Below, piece after piece: positions 49,348 to 61,600 of a DNA stretch of 64,000 bases. The stretch spans positions 25,360,001-25,424,000 of the forward strand of contig NC_058369.1 of NCBI RefSeq assembly GCF_018350175.1, read 5' to 3'. This stretch comes from Felis catus. Its lineage: Eukaryota. Each line of letters opens with the position of its first letter. Position 1 is the stretch's first letter. The notes beneath the pieces are model-generated. The model worked only from the letters and a program-made list of their open reading frames with translations. It ran no database searches and was not told where the DNA came from. Made by a program: the position numbers and the translations under genes.

Positions 49348-49491
49348 GAATATTAAGAAATAGTATTAAGAACGTGTAGATTTGCATTGAGATTTTAGTT
49401 GTTAGGTAAAGTGAGAAATAATGAATCCTATGTAACAAGTCAAATTTTAAGAAATGCAACTCAAAGAAATATACCTTTTCATCCAGTTTGA

Positions 49492-49670
49492 TTACCAGGT
49501 TCCTGTGAAAATTCCTTGTCCGTAAAGATCGTATTCTTTGTAAAGGATATACGCTTTTAGACGGTTTGGTAATGGAAGAAATGACATGAAGACAGGGCAG
49601 CGCAAATGTAACTTCCCCATACACTTCCGGATCTTTAGGCGGCACAAATGTTTGAGGGATCGAGGGTTTG
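49492..49670 (-). CDS. ASB14: ASB14 coding exon 9, SOCS box ([18 protein letters not shown]...[12 protein letters not shown]...TGTW*)
   Basis: ttcag| acceptor; BC-box motif PxSLxxLCRxxI and LPLP cullin-5 box; TAA at 49494-49492. Confidence 0.96.
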
Positions 49671-52600
49671 CTGAAATGAGAGAAACACATGTTATCCAAA
49701 TGGAAAAGAGCTGTTCCTTCTTTTAGTGATCTTAGGGTTTAGTCAGCAAATGTATGTTCTACTTAAGCCACCAAAATTTTCATTTGCTGTGTTGAAATGG
49801 AAAAGTTAAAAGCGAAACAGCTTTTCCCTTCTCTTTGCAGCCCTTCCTGTAGATACGATTACAGAACCATGTCAAGTTAAGAATCCAAAGACTGGCATCA
49901 GTTGTGGCTGTGGCCTGTGAGACCTGAAATCCTTAAATCTTTGTGTATTAACCACTCCCTTGCCCTGTCCTGTCCCTCTGGATCAGGCTGAGAACTAAAA
50001 GATCACCACCCAGGGGGAAATTAGATGGAAGAAACTCTTAATTTGACTTATGTGCTACTGTGAAAGAATGTGGTTTGGAGCATCCTTTGATATTCTCTGC
50101 GGGCTTAGATCTTCACTTTTTCTCATCCCTGTTTTTGTTGCCATTTCATAGCTTTTATTAATTCCTGTATGTACAGTGTTCCACGGGATTAGGAGAAAGG
50201 CATTACCTACCATATAATATGTAATTGCCTAACAGATTTTATCTACTGGGAAATGATAAGAAGTACAAAGTAAGTAATAAATAGTAACTTTTTTTTTAGA
50301 GAGGAATAGTATTTTCCTTGGTTTCTTTAGATAAAGCTTTTAACCAGAAGAGAATGTTTTATGAAACAAATAAGAATACCTTTTATTTTTGGTAAAAATC
50401 TTTTAGAAGAAAGGAGGATACTCACTTAAGATAAAATGGATTTCTGACCAGAGCCCTTGTTTTTGGAGCACAGCTTTCAACTTTGAACAGATTCGAACTT
50501 GATCAACATAATCAAGCATCACTCGAACAACCTTCCCAGAGAGATGTTGCAGCCATGACAAAGTTATTACTTCACAGAACTAAGGAAGAAAATTGGAACT
50601 ATGAAAGCAAATGAAAAACTGGAGTAACTATGGGGCTTAGAACACTAAACTCAAAGTTAGGAACCAAGGTCTCAAGCCCCTCATTTATAAACTAGGCATT
50701 GAACAAGGAAATGATTTCTTAGCTCTGACATTTGGAAAAATACTTAACTGCTGTATCTTCAGAACTATGTAAGATGTAATCAGGGTGTGAAAGAGACAGT
50801 TGTCTAATATCCATTGTTCCCTTTGGTTGGCCACACGACTCTCTGGAATAAAGATTACCTCTCCAGCTTCCTTGCACCTAGACGTGGCTACTTAAGTTCT
50901 AGCCAGTGAGATGTGAGTGGAAGTGTGAGCAGCCCCCAGAATGCACCTAAAAGAACACGGTGTGTGCTGCTTCAGCCTGCCTGCCTCCTTGCTGGCTGGA
51001 ATGTGGATGCAAGTTTCTCCTGTGTCAGGAGCTGTCCAGTTAGAAGGCTGTTTACCTGTGGCCTTTATATGAAGGGAATGAGCCACCTTATTTTTATTTT
51101 TTTTTAAATTTTTTTTTCAACATTTATTTATTTTTGGGACAGAGAGAGACAGAGCATGAATGGGGGAGGGGCAGAGAGAGAGGGAGACACAGAATCGGAA
51201 ACAGGCTCCAGGCTCTGAGCCATCAGCCCAGAGCCTGACACGGGGCTCGAACTCACGGACCGCGAGATCGTGACCTGGCTGAAGTCGGACGCTTAACTGA
51301 CTGCGCCACCCAGGCGCCCCCAAGCCACCTTATTAAAGTCACTTTCATTTGGGGTTTTCTGTCATTCACAACCTACTCCTATCCTCATGCCTGAAGGATA
51401 TGATCGTTTCTGCTGGTAGGTAATTTACATGCTCCTAGACAAGATGCCCATGTAAGAAGTCAAGTACTACTACATAATAAGTCAGGAAATAATACAAGAT
51501 GATATACACCTAAATGCCAGCTCCTACATTAATCATAACCTAAAACTAATAATACAATATTAATATGTTGCCTTGGCTTTCCAGAATTGATTCAAAGTGC
51601 TTTCTCCGTTCGCTATTTAATTTTTGATTTTAATATGAACTCAGGTATTTATAGTGCATCTGTGTGCTGAGCACAGATCTCTAAGCTGAGGAAAGTGTTG
51701 AACAAGAGCTTACTTACACTGATGTATTTGTGGAGGAGACACGTAATCAGTAAATGTTAAAAAGATAATTTCAGAAAGTGGTAAGTGCTATAAAAGAAAT
51801 AGCATTATCAGAAGATAGGGAAGACAACTACCTTAGATAACGGTGGATGGGTAAGGAAGGGTCTTTTTGAGAAGGTAACGTGTGAAACTTGAAGAGTGGC
51901 AGCTTTTTGAAAAGTTGGGGATGAGCTCAAGTTGGGGAAAATAGAAATGACCGGTTAGGGGGGGAAATAGACTGGTGTGATGCAGACATCACAAGAGGAA
52001 CACATCTCAAGAAGAAAAGGGTAGTCAACTGCATTTTTTGTGTTTCTTTCTCATTAAAAAGGTGGCCAAAGAAACCTATTTAATCAAATTTTAGACCTAA
52101 AAGAGATAGCCAAGAACTAAGGGATACAGGTATCAGGACCCTAGAAACATTTTAGCTCGATGACTCAGCACTTCAGAGAAAAAACATAACTAGTTTGTAA
52201 GACTACATTCATTCTTTAAAACCTTACTCAGATGCTAGTTCATTTGTGAAACTCCCTAAGTAAAGTTAAATCACTTCCCTCTGAACTGTTTCTGTACTTT
52301 TTACATCTACCATCATGTTTATTTTACCACGTATTTATCACATTAAAATCTTTTCAGGGTTCCTGGGGAGCTCAGTTGAGCTTGGTAGCTGGGTAGCTCA
52401 TGAGATTGAGCCCCACGTTGGGCTCTGTGCTGACAGCATGATGCCTGCATGGGATTCTCTCTCCCTCTCTCTCTGCCCTCCTCTGCTCTCTCTTGCTCAC
52501 TCTCTCTCTCTCAAATAAACTTAAAAATCTTTTGAACTATGATCTTCTGGAGACAATGGATGGAGTCTTATCTCTTGGTGTAGTCCAGGGCCACTAATAA

Positions 52601-55600
52601 TGATTGTATAAGTTGATACAGACAATACTGTGCACTTACCATAGTGTCTTTGATAACTGTAGATGTCCAGCCTTCAAAAGTATAGCAAGGATGAACTTTG
52701 TTTCCATGGGGACAATCAAAGCATCGCTCTGTGTCATACCCATAGTTCAAGAGCATCCTGAGCATGACTTCATCTTTCAATGTGTATTGCAGTGCTGACG
52801 GGAAATGTAAAGGGTTGACTCTGCAGAAGTAATTGACGTTGGCCCCATGCCGTAGCAGCAGACTTATCAGCTCATAGTTACCCATCCTTAGGGCTATCTG
52901 GAGGCAGTTAACTGGATCTTGATTGGGCAGAGCTCCAGCACTCAGAAGCAGCTTAACTGAAGAGAGGTCACCATTTGATACAGCAAAATACAAAGCTGAC
53001 TTCCTATGGTCATCATAGTGTTTGCGAATTCTCTGATCTAGCATGAAATTTACATCAAATCCAGCCTGGATGAGGAATTCCAGGCATTGGGGGTGTGCTC
53101 CTGCTGCTGCACAGTGGACTGGACTGATGCCACTCTGCTTAATGGCAGCAAAATCCGTAACTGGAACCAAAATCTTCAGGGCTCTGAGAAAGAGTTTCAG
53201 GGGGTATTTAAAAAATTGTTTTTGTTAAGATGTAGTATTAACCTGTTTACGATTATTATATACTAGTACAGGTGGTATTAGTATCAGGTGGCATTTAGAA
53301 CCCCCTAACCCCCAAAAAGTATAATTCCTGCATGTAAATGCTCAGCTACTTAGTGAAGTTAAATAAAACTGTCTAGATATAAAACTCAGAGGGGCGCCTG
53401 GGTGGCGCAGTCGGTTAAGCGTCCGACTTCAGCCAGGTCACGATCTCGCGGTCCGTGAGTTCGAGCCCCGCGTCAGGCTCTGGCCTGATGGCTCAGAGCC
53501 TGGAGCCTGTTTCCGATTCTGTGTCTCCTTCTCTCTCTGCCCCTCCCCCGTTCATGCTCTGTCTCTTTCTGTCCCAAAAATAAATAAACGTTGAAAAAAA
53601 AAATTTTTTTTTAAAAACTCAGAATTAGTCCGATTAGTGAGACCGGGAGCTCCCCTTACTGCCCAAAGACCCGATAATAAAATAGTTTTATGTCTCTTCT
53701 GTGGTTACAGAGGATGCCTGACTTCACTGTCTTACTGGTTGAGTTTATCTTTAAAAGGGTGTTAGAATTATATGATCAGAGAAGAAGAACATAAAGTTCC
53801 CAGAAGCTGCTCCAAAGAAACCCCACAGCTTTTGCTATTTCTATTATTTGTGGTGATGTAATTGAACTTACAACAAGTGGCCTCTGTCAGCTGCAACATG
53901 AATGGGAAGGTGGCCTGAATTCTTAGGGATGTTGGCATCAGCTCCATGCTCTAGCAAGAGAGTCACAGAATCTGGATTTCCTCCACTGGCGGCTTCAAGT
54001 AAGATGGAAGAAGAGTCAGAGGCCTGACCAAGAGCATTAGCTCCTAAGAGGAGAAAAAGTCTTGTTATGCAAAAATCTTTTCCGCTCTACTGCTTATGCA
54101 TTCTTAATATAGAAGCACTACCAAAAAGCAGTTATTAAGCAGCCACTTGAGCAAAGCACTACAAAGTCAAAGAAATAAATAAACTGGCTTCCAGCCAGTT
54201 TATAATTTAGTTGGGGAAGGAAGAAATGGTGCAGGCAGTCTCTCAGTTAAAAGTAGGTTGGCTTTCAGGGTAACTTTATAAGTTAATTGTTTGGAACTTG
54301 CAAATTCCAGGAGAAATCCTTTTAAAGGAGATTTTATTTCCAGACTAGCCTATAAAAGTCCACTTACCCACCCTTATGTATAGGATGGTACCAACAATCC
54401 TGTTGGACTGTTAACACCATGCCATCTATTGATGTTATGGTGAAAAATGGGTGTTTGTTCTGTTTTTTCACATGTTCTTAGGTAGCTGTTCATAGTAAGA
54501 CATACTGTGATTGTTTGTTGTTGAAGTTGGGGACTTACAGTTAAAAGGATGAATTGTAGTGCCCAATATGCTGTCATGTGATGGTGTGGGTAATAAGAGT
54601 ACAATTGTAGGCAAAATGTCCTCTAAAAGATCTCAGTTCTGGATTTTGAGGGGAACTGGATGGTGAAGGAAGGAGAAAGGAGTTTTGGGTCAGTTGCAGA
54701 AGGCCTCTCAGTAAAATGGGTTTTGAAGAGTCACCTTTGAAAGTGGACAAAGGGAAAGGAGATCATTCGGGGCCTATTCACAGCTCCCATAAAAAAGATG
54801 TAGTGGCTTTAAATTAGTAAATAGACTCCATAGTCATCAGAATACAGTGATTAAGAACCCCCCTCCCCCCCTGGAATGCATGAAGAAATGTCTAATAAGC
54901 CTCCATGGGATGAGTGCTCACTATGTGCAGGTTCTTGTGTGCATATTTCTAAACAACAGCCCTAACAAGCAGGTGCTAGTATCTTCTTTCTAAAGAGAAA
55001 AAAACCATGGCTCATTGAGGTTAAGTGACTTCCCCAGAGACGCACAGCTGGTAAGCAAGGCAGTTCGGGATTCACATACAGGTACACCAGACCCAGGGCC
55101 TATTTCTATGAAGTCGTGTTTCCACTCTGATAATGAAGGGCAGTAAAGTAACATGATTTGGAACGAGACAGATGTGGTTTCAAATCTTGGCTCTGCCATT
55201 TACTAGTTATGTCACTTTGTGCAAATTACATCATAAGGGAGTTACCTCGGAAAGTATACACTGAGGTCAACCGATGTGGTTTCTTTAGAGTTAAGGATTT
55301 AAAATCTGGTGCCTCTCTTTATATTTTAATCAGTGATCTACACAAAAGGTTACTCTTGTTATGTAGATGAAGGGTCTAGTATTTATTTTTGTTATTCTAG
55401 CTAATGACTTTAGACATCTCTGCTGTTGCTCATTTAAAACATCTTACTTAAAATGTCTTATGGCCACTGATTGGGAACTACAACAGCCTCTCCTGTATGA
55501 TAGTAAAGTTTCAGGTAAGTCTAAAAAGCAGAAAGTTGTTCTTAAATACAGGAATCTCTGTAGTCTAGAATATTGGAGACCAGGACCATGTATTGTTAAA

Positions 55601-58600
55601 GAAAGAAATAAGGCTTCTGGACACAGACAGGAAGGAGAATACAAAAGGTAATTCTAATATTGGGACTTTATTAAATATTGGTGAAGATTTGCTTTGAAAA
55701 AAAGCTTTAGATACTACATTGCTTCACTTAACAGGGTCATCAATGGGGGTTCTCCTCAAAGCCAATAAATTGCAGAGTTCTCTGAGCCAAGGACTCTGCC
55801 AGTTAAACCAGATCTCGAATTGGTGGCAGGAGAGGGCACGTTTAAAAGGAAGTCCTGCAACTGGTACCATCCCTGACCCTCTTTCCTTAAGTGTAAAATG
55901 ACGATAATGCCTACTTCCTAGGGTTTTAGAAGATCACGTGAGGCAGCGGTAGCTTATTGCCTGGTGCTTAGAAAGTACTCAATAAATGTAAATTGCCTTC
56001 CCCTTCTCTCAGGGTTTTGGTTATTACTAAAGGAAGAACTGGGACCCAAAGAGGAGCAATCAGGAAAAACTTCCCAACACCAGGAGCATCTGATAACACA
56101 TTGGAGTGCCTCATGACTTAGCAGAGACAACATGTAGGGGGTAACATGAGGACTTTTGTTCTGTGACTCTAGAAAAGGACAACAGGCAAAACATTTAAAA
56201 ACTGACCATCCTCAGCATGGTCGAGGAACATTATGCTAGAGTAAGGTGCATCCTAGTAATTTTAGGGAAATTGCTCCACATCAAATGAGAACTGTTCAAT
56301 CTCTAGGCTTTTTAGTAGCCAGTATTAACACATACTTTCATCAGACATTTGTTAGGCTTAAATAAAATGTTAATTTCTATCATCTTGAAGCTCTTCACAA
56401 AAAGGAGGATGCTTGCGTCACGTTATCCCTTGGGGGTGTGCTGACCGTATAGAAAATCTTGCCTTTCTGCAGTAACATTTCCATGATTTCAGTGTATCCA
56501 CTTTGGGCAGCAAGAGCAAGAGGAGTGAATCCATAGGAGCTCCGTGGATCAGGGTGAGCCCCAGAAACCAGCAGCAACTTTACTATGTCCTGCCTGCCCA
56601 ATTTGGCTGCTTCATGGAGAGCGGTCCTCTCGTTGGTACACTGAAGATTGACATCTGCCCCGTGGCTGATCAGCAAGGCAGCCATGTCATAGGAGTCACG
56701 TAGAACAGCTGGGAAATTGGAAGTGAAATGTCACCAGGAAATTATGGCCAGAGTATCTTATTAGCCAGTGTCCCTCAAGCTTCTTAATGAGCTCTTCCTA
56801 GCTACCCCCCTGTGCCAACATTTTGTGTTTAGGAAACACACTGTTAAATGAGGCATATATCAAATAATACCCATAGTGTTTTTACATCAATACCCTATTG
56901 TCTTTTCTGTAAGCCATGAACAGTTACTGTCTATTGGCTGCTTATGTGTCTGAAAAACAAAACATATAAAATTTTCATTTATCATTTTTGTGTTCCTCCC
57001 TCAAGCAAATGGGAACTTAAGTACCCAGTACAGTCCTAGAAATGCTCCTGGGTACTTTAAACAAAGAAAAACAAAAACAGCGGTAATTATGAAATTATTT
57101 GTAACCTCGTGTTTTGTTAAAATTTTCTAATTGGTTTTTCTGCATTTATGCTGTTATCATTCGCATTTGGATAACCTTTAGGTCCTTCAAGATTCTAAAA
57201 CAATTTACTGTATCCATCTCCTTATCCATTTGTTAATTATTGGCACCCACTGTGTATGAGGAATCTTGCTAGGAGCCAGATGTTGAATCAGTGTGAATTC
57301 TGTCTATAACGGTTTATAATGTGCCATAGAAAGTGCTGTAGGACTGGAAATACCAAGTGCCAAGGGTGTTGGGTCTTTTTTTAGCTCATTGAGCTGGCAC
57401 TTAGTGTGCCCTTTGATTCTGGAAACACATGTCCTTTGTTTTAGGAAATCATTTTCTTGACTTATTTCATGATGGTATACCACCTCCATCTTGTCTCTTC
57501 TCTTTCTAGCGTTTCTGAGATTCATGTGTTGCTCCTCTTAGATTGTCCTAGTTTTTTTCTTTTTCTTTCCTATTTCCCATTTCTTTTCTTCTGGAAACTT
57601 CCCTAAACTTTATCTCCCAGCACTTGTTTTGAGTTTTATATTTCTACTATCATATTTTTAATTTTCAAGAGTGTTTTTGGTTCTGTTTTGTTCAGTTTTT
57701 TGGTAATATCCTATTATTTCATTAGTTTTCACTAATTGCTCTAAATGAATTCTAATTTCCCCCTACATTTTATTTTGCCTAAATAGTCTGTCTCCTCCAA
57801 GTTTCTTATCTCTGTTGAAGACTTTTCTCAGATAGTCCTTGGCTATCTGCTCATGATTAAGAGTTGGAGACTAAAAAGCTGACTGGGAATCCTAAATGTT
57901 GGGAGGCGCTCTTGGAGTGTGGTCATAGCTATATGTTGCTATGTCTGGGCCATTTGTTGGGGAACCCCCAATTTCACTCCCTTCAGTTCTTTCTTTTTGG
58001 GTATATCATATTCCCCAGAGAAGCTTCTTCTTAGAGGATAAAGTTCTGGTTGCCATCTTTCTAGAATCCTGGTGGACGAGGAGGGCTGGGAGGTCTTGGC
58101 TTATGCTTAATTCCTCCAGTATTTTCAATCTAGTACTCCCACCCTTGTCTAATACTCCCCCATCCAGAGAGCCTCTGTTTAAACTTCCCAGATGATAAAT
58201 GTGCAGAACTCAGGTGGTTTGGGAGAAGGGACCACTCTGGCTACTCATTCCTTAATAGGGTTCAACCAATCCTCCTGTTAGCTGCCTGTCCTTCACCCAT
58301 ATTCCACGAGGCAACTGCTGCCAACAACTTCCAAGCCTTTGATGTAATTGTGCTGCTTTCCCCACTACCAAGTTGAGTTGGCTTTCTTGTAACTGAGTAT
58401 TCATCCACCTGCTCTCTAGGTTTTAAAAAACTGTTGTTGTTGCCTCCTCTCCCGTTCTCCTCATTCTTTTGTATCTTACCTCATTAAGACAATTTCTTGA
58501 CTATAATTTCAGTGAAGACTCAGGAGGGAGGAAAATTAGCCATTCGTATTCAATCTGCCGTCTTTACCCCACTTGCCTCTCCCTACTCTGCTCACCTTTT

Positions 58601-61600
58601 ATCGTTCTTACACCTAAATTAATTGGTTAAGACACCATGCAATGCAAAATGATCAGCCAGTTGGCAGAGATTTTGCCTCAGGCCACCTCAAGGGCAAGTC
58701 TGTAGAAAGCTTGAGGGTCAGGTACCCATGACATGGGTCAGTTGGGACCAGAATGACAGCACTGCAACTATGTACAAACAGCTGCCTTTCTATTTGCAAC
58801 GATGTGGATGGAGCTAGAGAGTTCTGCTAAGTGACATCAGAGAAAGACCAATACCATATGATTTCACTCATCTGTGGAATTTAAGAAACAAATGAGCGGG
58901 GGGGGGGGGGGGGGGGGGAGAAAAGAGGCAAACCAAGAAACAGACTCTTAACTATAGAGAACTGATGGTTGCTGGGGGCGGGGCAGGGGTGTGGGTGAAA
59001 TGTGATGGGGATTAAGGAGTGCACTTCTGATCAGCACCAGGTGTTATATGGAAGTGTGGAGTCACTATATTATACACCTGAAGCTAATATAACATTGTTA
59101 TCTAACTGGAATTAAGATGAAAACTAAGAAAAATTTTTAAAAAGTTGCCTTCAAAACCTCTGGGATGGGGGACACTCAGAATGACAGACTGTTTTCCAGA
59201 GACAAGGTACTAATTTACCTGTAAGAAGAGGAGAATTGCCTTCAGAATTCTTGGCATTTGGATTGCAGCCGTTGACAAGAAGAAAACTGGTGTTTTCTAA
59301 GAGGCAACTGCTGACAGCCAAAAAAAGTGGCGTTTCCCCGCTGTGGGTGGTTTGCTCCCACACACTGGGTTTTGAAGCTGAAATAATTCCATTAGACCAC
59401 ACAGGTTAAGATACAGAAATAAATTTAAATTCATTTCTCAGAAGCATCAGGAAGAGTTGTGAAGGGAGCTTACCTTTCAAGGTTATTTCCAAAATGTTCT
59501 TGCTTAATTGCACCGCAGCCTTATGCAGAGGAAGCCAGCCTATCTCATCTGCTTCATCAAAAGCAGAATGGCACTTGGTCAGGCGTGCCAATGCATCTTC
59601 CTTACCTATTAACGAGTCGAATGGGCACAGATTCACATTTGGCACACACACAAGGCAGCCCATACTGCTTCCGAATTCCACCATCAAGGTTAGTGCACGA
59701 GACGACAGATTTCTAGCACCACCCTTTATGAGAGACGCGTTCAAATGGCATAGGACGAACAAGCAGGTGTTCGCCTAGTGTTCCATACCATCCCAGCCAG
59801 TGACCACCCCTCTGTGGTTACAGAGAAAGAGCCCAGTCCACCGAGGAGCCCAGGAGCTCTTGGCTAAGTGGTGCTGTGGTGTTTTCTCGCAGGCTCTTGA
59901 CAATCAGCGTTGGACACCCCCACGGTGTTGAGCATTTGGGAGAACCTGCTTCTAGGCTTTCCTCAGCTCAGAGGGGAAGTGCTGCCCTTTGTCCTTTGTC
60001 AGCATCACATCTTACCACAAGTTGGAGGGGATAGAATAAGAAGAGTACTTAACTGTCTCTATTGTTTCAATTATCTTCTTATAGTCAGCGCTCACAAAGG
60101 AATGGGAACTGCATAGAAAATAAATATATATGTAATCCCCAAAGTGAGGGAAAACAAAGGCATGTGACAAAAAACAAAAGGAAACAATAAGGGCAATAGT
60201 AGTTAACCAAGGATGAACTCTTACAACAAACTCTTAAAATGAGGCTTAATGGGAATACTTCCAAAATATATGTGGTGTGACCCTAAACATGCTCCAGGGA
60301 AATCGGTCTCCTGTGTCTGTCTTCCTTGGAGGGGGGGGGGGGGGGGCATTATTCCACCTGTCTCAGGTAGACCAAGTCAGCAAGCCTTCCTAAGTTCCAT
60401 ATAATTCTTGCAAGTCTAATAACTGAAATCTACAACTATAGTCAATTTCTGTAAAATATTTCAGTCCTCAAAATCTTATGCCTTCCAATCTAAAATCATG
60501 ACTTAATTACTGAATGAACTTAAAAAATTTTAATCACAAGGTTAATATAATCTAATAAACCCAATTTTTTTTTAAATTTTGAGTGAGAGAGAGAGAGTGC
60601 AAGTGTGGGAGGGTCAGAGAGAGAGGGGGACAGAGGATCCGAAGCAAGCTCTGTGCTGACAGCAGTGTGCCCAAAGTGGGGCTTGAAGTCATGAACCATG
60701 AGATCATGACCTGAGTGGATGTCAGACCCTCAACCGACTGAAGCCACCCAGGTGCCCCTAAACCGAATTTCTTTACAAAACTTTAACTATTTAAAGATTA
60801 TTCTTAAATGTAACACAAAAGTATAGGAATAGCGTGGTAAAGAGACGCTGAAGCCAGACTGCCTGCCTCTTACCTAGCAGCTCTGTGACCTCGGGTAACA
60901 CTTATCTGTGCTTATCAGTCTTCTTATTTCTACACAGGGATAACAGTACTTACAACATAGAAAGGTAATGAGAACTAAATGAGTCAATATTTAAAAAATG
61001 CTTAAAAATAGTGCAGCACAAAGTGATCACTCCGTGAGTTTGTTACTTTAAAAAAAAGTATAGTTTTAACGTATTTCAACATCTCTATGTTTAATTACAA
61101 AGTCTCTTAGAGCTAAAACCACATTTATCCAGTTTTACCTCCAGCAGGCAAATAGAGGTCACCACCCCAAGCAAACAACTTTTATCACCCCTGAAAAACA
61201 ATAGTAACTGCTGGGGGGGGGGGGCGGGTAAGGTTGCAGATCAGTCAGAGAGCATCTGAGCAGGTGTGCTTGGCTGTGCACATTCCACCTCCAGGGCGAT
61301 TCTTTTACATCAGCGAGGGACCCACAGAGTCCTTTTCTAGTGCCGTCATTACAGAATTCTGAAGACACACCTCAGAAAGGGTTAGTCTCTTCTGGGTTTA
61401 AGTTTACATAATTCCTTCTTTTGATATGAATCAAAAGACTGGACCTTGCTCTATCTCCCCACGAAGGCTGATAATTTTCTATGTGTATTGCTTAGCTTTG
61501 TGCATTTCCTTGGCTCCCCAAAGACAGGGTGCATTAGAGTTCTAGTCTTTCACATCCTAATGTATTTCTTCTGGTTTCCAGTCTGCAAATCCTCATGTAG

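Noticed and set aside
49166..49699. 177-aa minus-strand ORF
   Set aside because: Alternative frame of the ASB14 SOCS-box exon running into AT-rich sequence and a SINE; no ATG start and no recognisable domain.
58897..61228. Poly-G runs (~58898, ~60331, ~61213) as functional G-quadruplexes
   Set aside because: Simple homopolymers of uncertain length, one inside an L1 3'UTR; nothing else supports function.
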